The position numbers and the translations under genes are program-made. From NCBI GenBank assembly GCA_001783715.1, contig MFNF01000061.1, positions 6,722 through 70,721 on the forward strand: DNA of 64,000 bases, in the 5' to 3' direction. Source of the stretch: Candidatus Lambdaproteobacteria bacterium RIFOXYD2_FULL_56_26 (GTDB taxonomy: Bacteria; SAR324; XYD2-FULL-50-16). The notes under the pieces were generated by a model. That model saw nothing but the letters and a program-made list of their open reading frames with translations. It was not told the origin of the DNA and did no database searches. This document shows positions 62,326 to 64,000 of this stretch, one piece after another. Within the stretch, counting starts at the first letter, position 1, and each line of letters begins with the position of its first letter.

Positions 62326-63153
62326 TTAGAAACTGGATTTCAGGAAGCGGACCACCGAAAGGGTGCCGCCTGCCGTTTTGGATTGGCCTTCCAGCCATGC
62401 CGCCACGGACTTGTCCGGCTCTTTAACGAAGTTCTGGTCCATAAGACAGATCTCCTTTTTGTATTTTTTGAGCCGTCCTTCCACCATTTTTTCCAAGATT
62501 TCCATCGGTTTCCCGGAATCCTTGGCTTGGTCGATCAAAAAGGCCTTTTCTTTTTCCAAGACTTTGGGGTCCAGGTCTTTTTCGCTGACCGCTTCCACTT
62601 GACAAGCGGCAATGTGCATGGCGATTTCCTTGGCCACTTCAATCGCCTTGGCCTTGTTGGCCTCGCCCAGGCTCAGTTCGACCAACACACCGATCTTGCC
62701 TTTGCCGTGAACGTAGGTGCCAATCGCCCCAGCTTGGGTATTCCAGCCTTCTGCTTGCAGCACAACCATGTTCTCGCCCATCTTGGCAATGGCACCCACC
62801 AAATCGGTCTTGACCGTTTCGGTGAAGCCTTCCGTGCTCTTCACGCCAGCGCTGGCCTTTTGGGCCAAGCTGCCAACAAAGGCTTGGAAGCTGTCGTTGA
62901 TTGCCACAAAGTCGGTCTCGCAAGCGAGCTTCACCAACCCAGCCTTGGAACCATCACAAAAGACGGCGATAGCGCCTTCTTTGGTTTCACGGGAGGATTT
63001 TTTGTCGGCGCTGGCTTGGCCTTTTTTGCGCAAAAATTCTTTGGCTGCTTCCATGTCGCCGGAGGTTTCATCCAGCGCCTTTTTACAATCCATCATGGCT
63101 GCGCCGGTCATTTCGCGCAGATCCTTTACCATTGCGGCGGTAATCGTTGCCAT
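62326..63153 (-). CDS. tsf: Elongation factor Ts
   Basis: VKDLREMTGAAMMDCKKAL; CETDFVA; AMHIAA. Confidence 0.97.
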   Translation of the reverse strand: MATITAAMVKDLREMTGAAMMDCKKALDETSGDMEAAKEFLRKKGQASADKKSSRETKEGAIAVFCDGSKAGLVKLACETDFVAINDSFQAFVGSLAQKASAGVKSTEGFTETVKTDLVGAIAKMGENMVVLQAEGWNTQAGAIGTYVHGKGKIGVLVELSLGEANKAKAIEVAKEIAMHIAACQVEAVSEKDLDPKVLEKEKAFLIDQAKDSGKPMEILEKMVEGRLKKYKKEICLMDQNFVKEPDKSVAAWLEGQSKTAGGTLSVVRFLKSSF

Positions 63154-63212
63154 GCTCTTCTCTCTCTAAGTTTGGCTGTCTTTGGCCGTAGTGTCTGGCC
63201 AATCTTTTGGGT

Positions 63213-63243
63213 AAAAGAGGCTCGAAGTCTCCTTCGAGCCTCT
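63213..63243 (-). terminator. Hairpin/attenuator between rpsB and tsf
   Basis: Perfect 12-bp stem AGAGGCTCGAAG / CTTCGAGCCTCT with a short T-run on the minus strand. Confidence 0.6.
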
Positions 63244-63280
63244 CTGGACGGGGTTGCGATGGTTTGGGCCGCCAGGGGCT

Positions 63281-64000
63281 TTACGCCTCCGGGGTGCCTT
63301 CTTCGGTCTCTTCGGTTCCGTCTTCTTCTTCCTCTGCGTCTTCGATCCGGTCAACCACACCGCCTTTGGATTCGTAGGCTTTGCGGCCTTCCAAGGAAGC
63401 GGCGGAGATCACCGAGCAGTAAAGCTCAATGGCGTGGGCCGAGTCGTCGTTGCCGGGGATGACAAAGTCAACGCCCCGAGGGTCACAGTTGGAGTCCACC
63501 ACGGCGATGACCGGGATGCCCAAGGTTTTGGCTTCCTTGAGGGCGATGGATTCCCTTTTGAGGTCAATGATAAAGACCGCAGCCGGTGGTTTTTTCAGGT
63601 CCCGAATCCCGCCCAAAACCGCTTCCAGCTTTTTGCGTTCCTTCTCGAACCGGACGGCTTCTTTTTTGATGATCCCAGGGTAGTCTCCGTCGGGTCCGCT
63701 CATCTCCTCAATCTCTTTGAGTTTGGCGATGGAGGCCTTGACGGTCTGGAAGTTGGTCATCATCCCGCCCAACCAGCGCAGGTTGACGAAGTAGTTGCCC
63801 GAGCCCAAGGCCTGTTCGGCGATGATCTCTCTGGCTTGGAACTTGGTCCCCACAAAGAGAATCTTCCCGCCGTTCGACGAGATGTTGTAAACGTAGTTGT
63901 ACACGTCTTTGAGGGCCTGCATGCTTTTGCGCAGGTCCAAGATATAGATCCCGGCTTTTTGGCCGTAGATGTAATCCTTCATCTTAGGGTGCCAGCGCTC
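63281..64000 (-). CDS. rpsB: 30S ribosomal protein S2 (5' end outside the window)
   Basis: RWHPKM; LFVGTK; RWLGGMMTN; VDSNCDP; IPGNDD. Confidence 0.96.
   Translation of the reverse strand, partial: ERWHPKMKDYIYGQKAGIYILDLRKSMQALKDVYNYVYNISSNGGKILFVGTKFQAREIIAEQALGSGNYFVNLRWLGGMMTNFQTVKASIAKLKEIEEMSGPDGDYPGIIKKEAVRFEKERKKLEAVLGGIRDLKKPPAAVFIIDLKRESIALKEAKTLGIPVIAVVDSNCDPRGVDFVIPGNDDSAHAIELYCSVISAASLEGRKAYESKGGVVDRIEDAEEEEDGTEETEEGTPEA

Overview
GC-rich bacterial chromosomal window, mostly housekeeping, with a complete dissimilatory sulfite reductase cluster: dsrC-A-B-D-R-T-M-K-J-O-P plus one unknown trailing ORF. The gene content suggests a deltaproteobacteria-like or SAR324/Lambdaproteobacteria-type organism; this is inference only. 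Also present: purine genes (purA, purN, a purD-purE fusion, purB), tig-clpP-clpX, clpB, queA/D/E, rpsB-tsf-pyrH, tRNA-Gly(GCC), two HU paralogs, two chemoreceptors, two sensor-kinase-like proteins and a decayed IS5-family element. Most notable observations: (1) the ClpP in the tig-clpP-clpX operon lacks its catalytic Ser and His (ClpR-like); (2) a soluble HATPase-REC protein ends in a ChiS-type DNA-binding domain; (3) a four-gene cell-surface operon (FecR-domain, TlpA, CsgG/TolB-N-like, Ig-repeat lipoprotein) whose Kelch tip has foreign base composition; (4) the dsr cluster mixes reducer-type and oxidiser-type genes; (5) a PilZ-like domain split by a large insertion; (6) several discrete frameshift lesions (two poly-G tracts, a 23-bp tandem duplication, a 1-bp deletion). 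All assignments come from motif recognition by eye; no searches were run.
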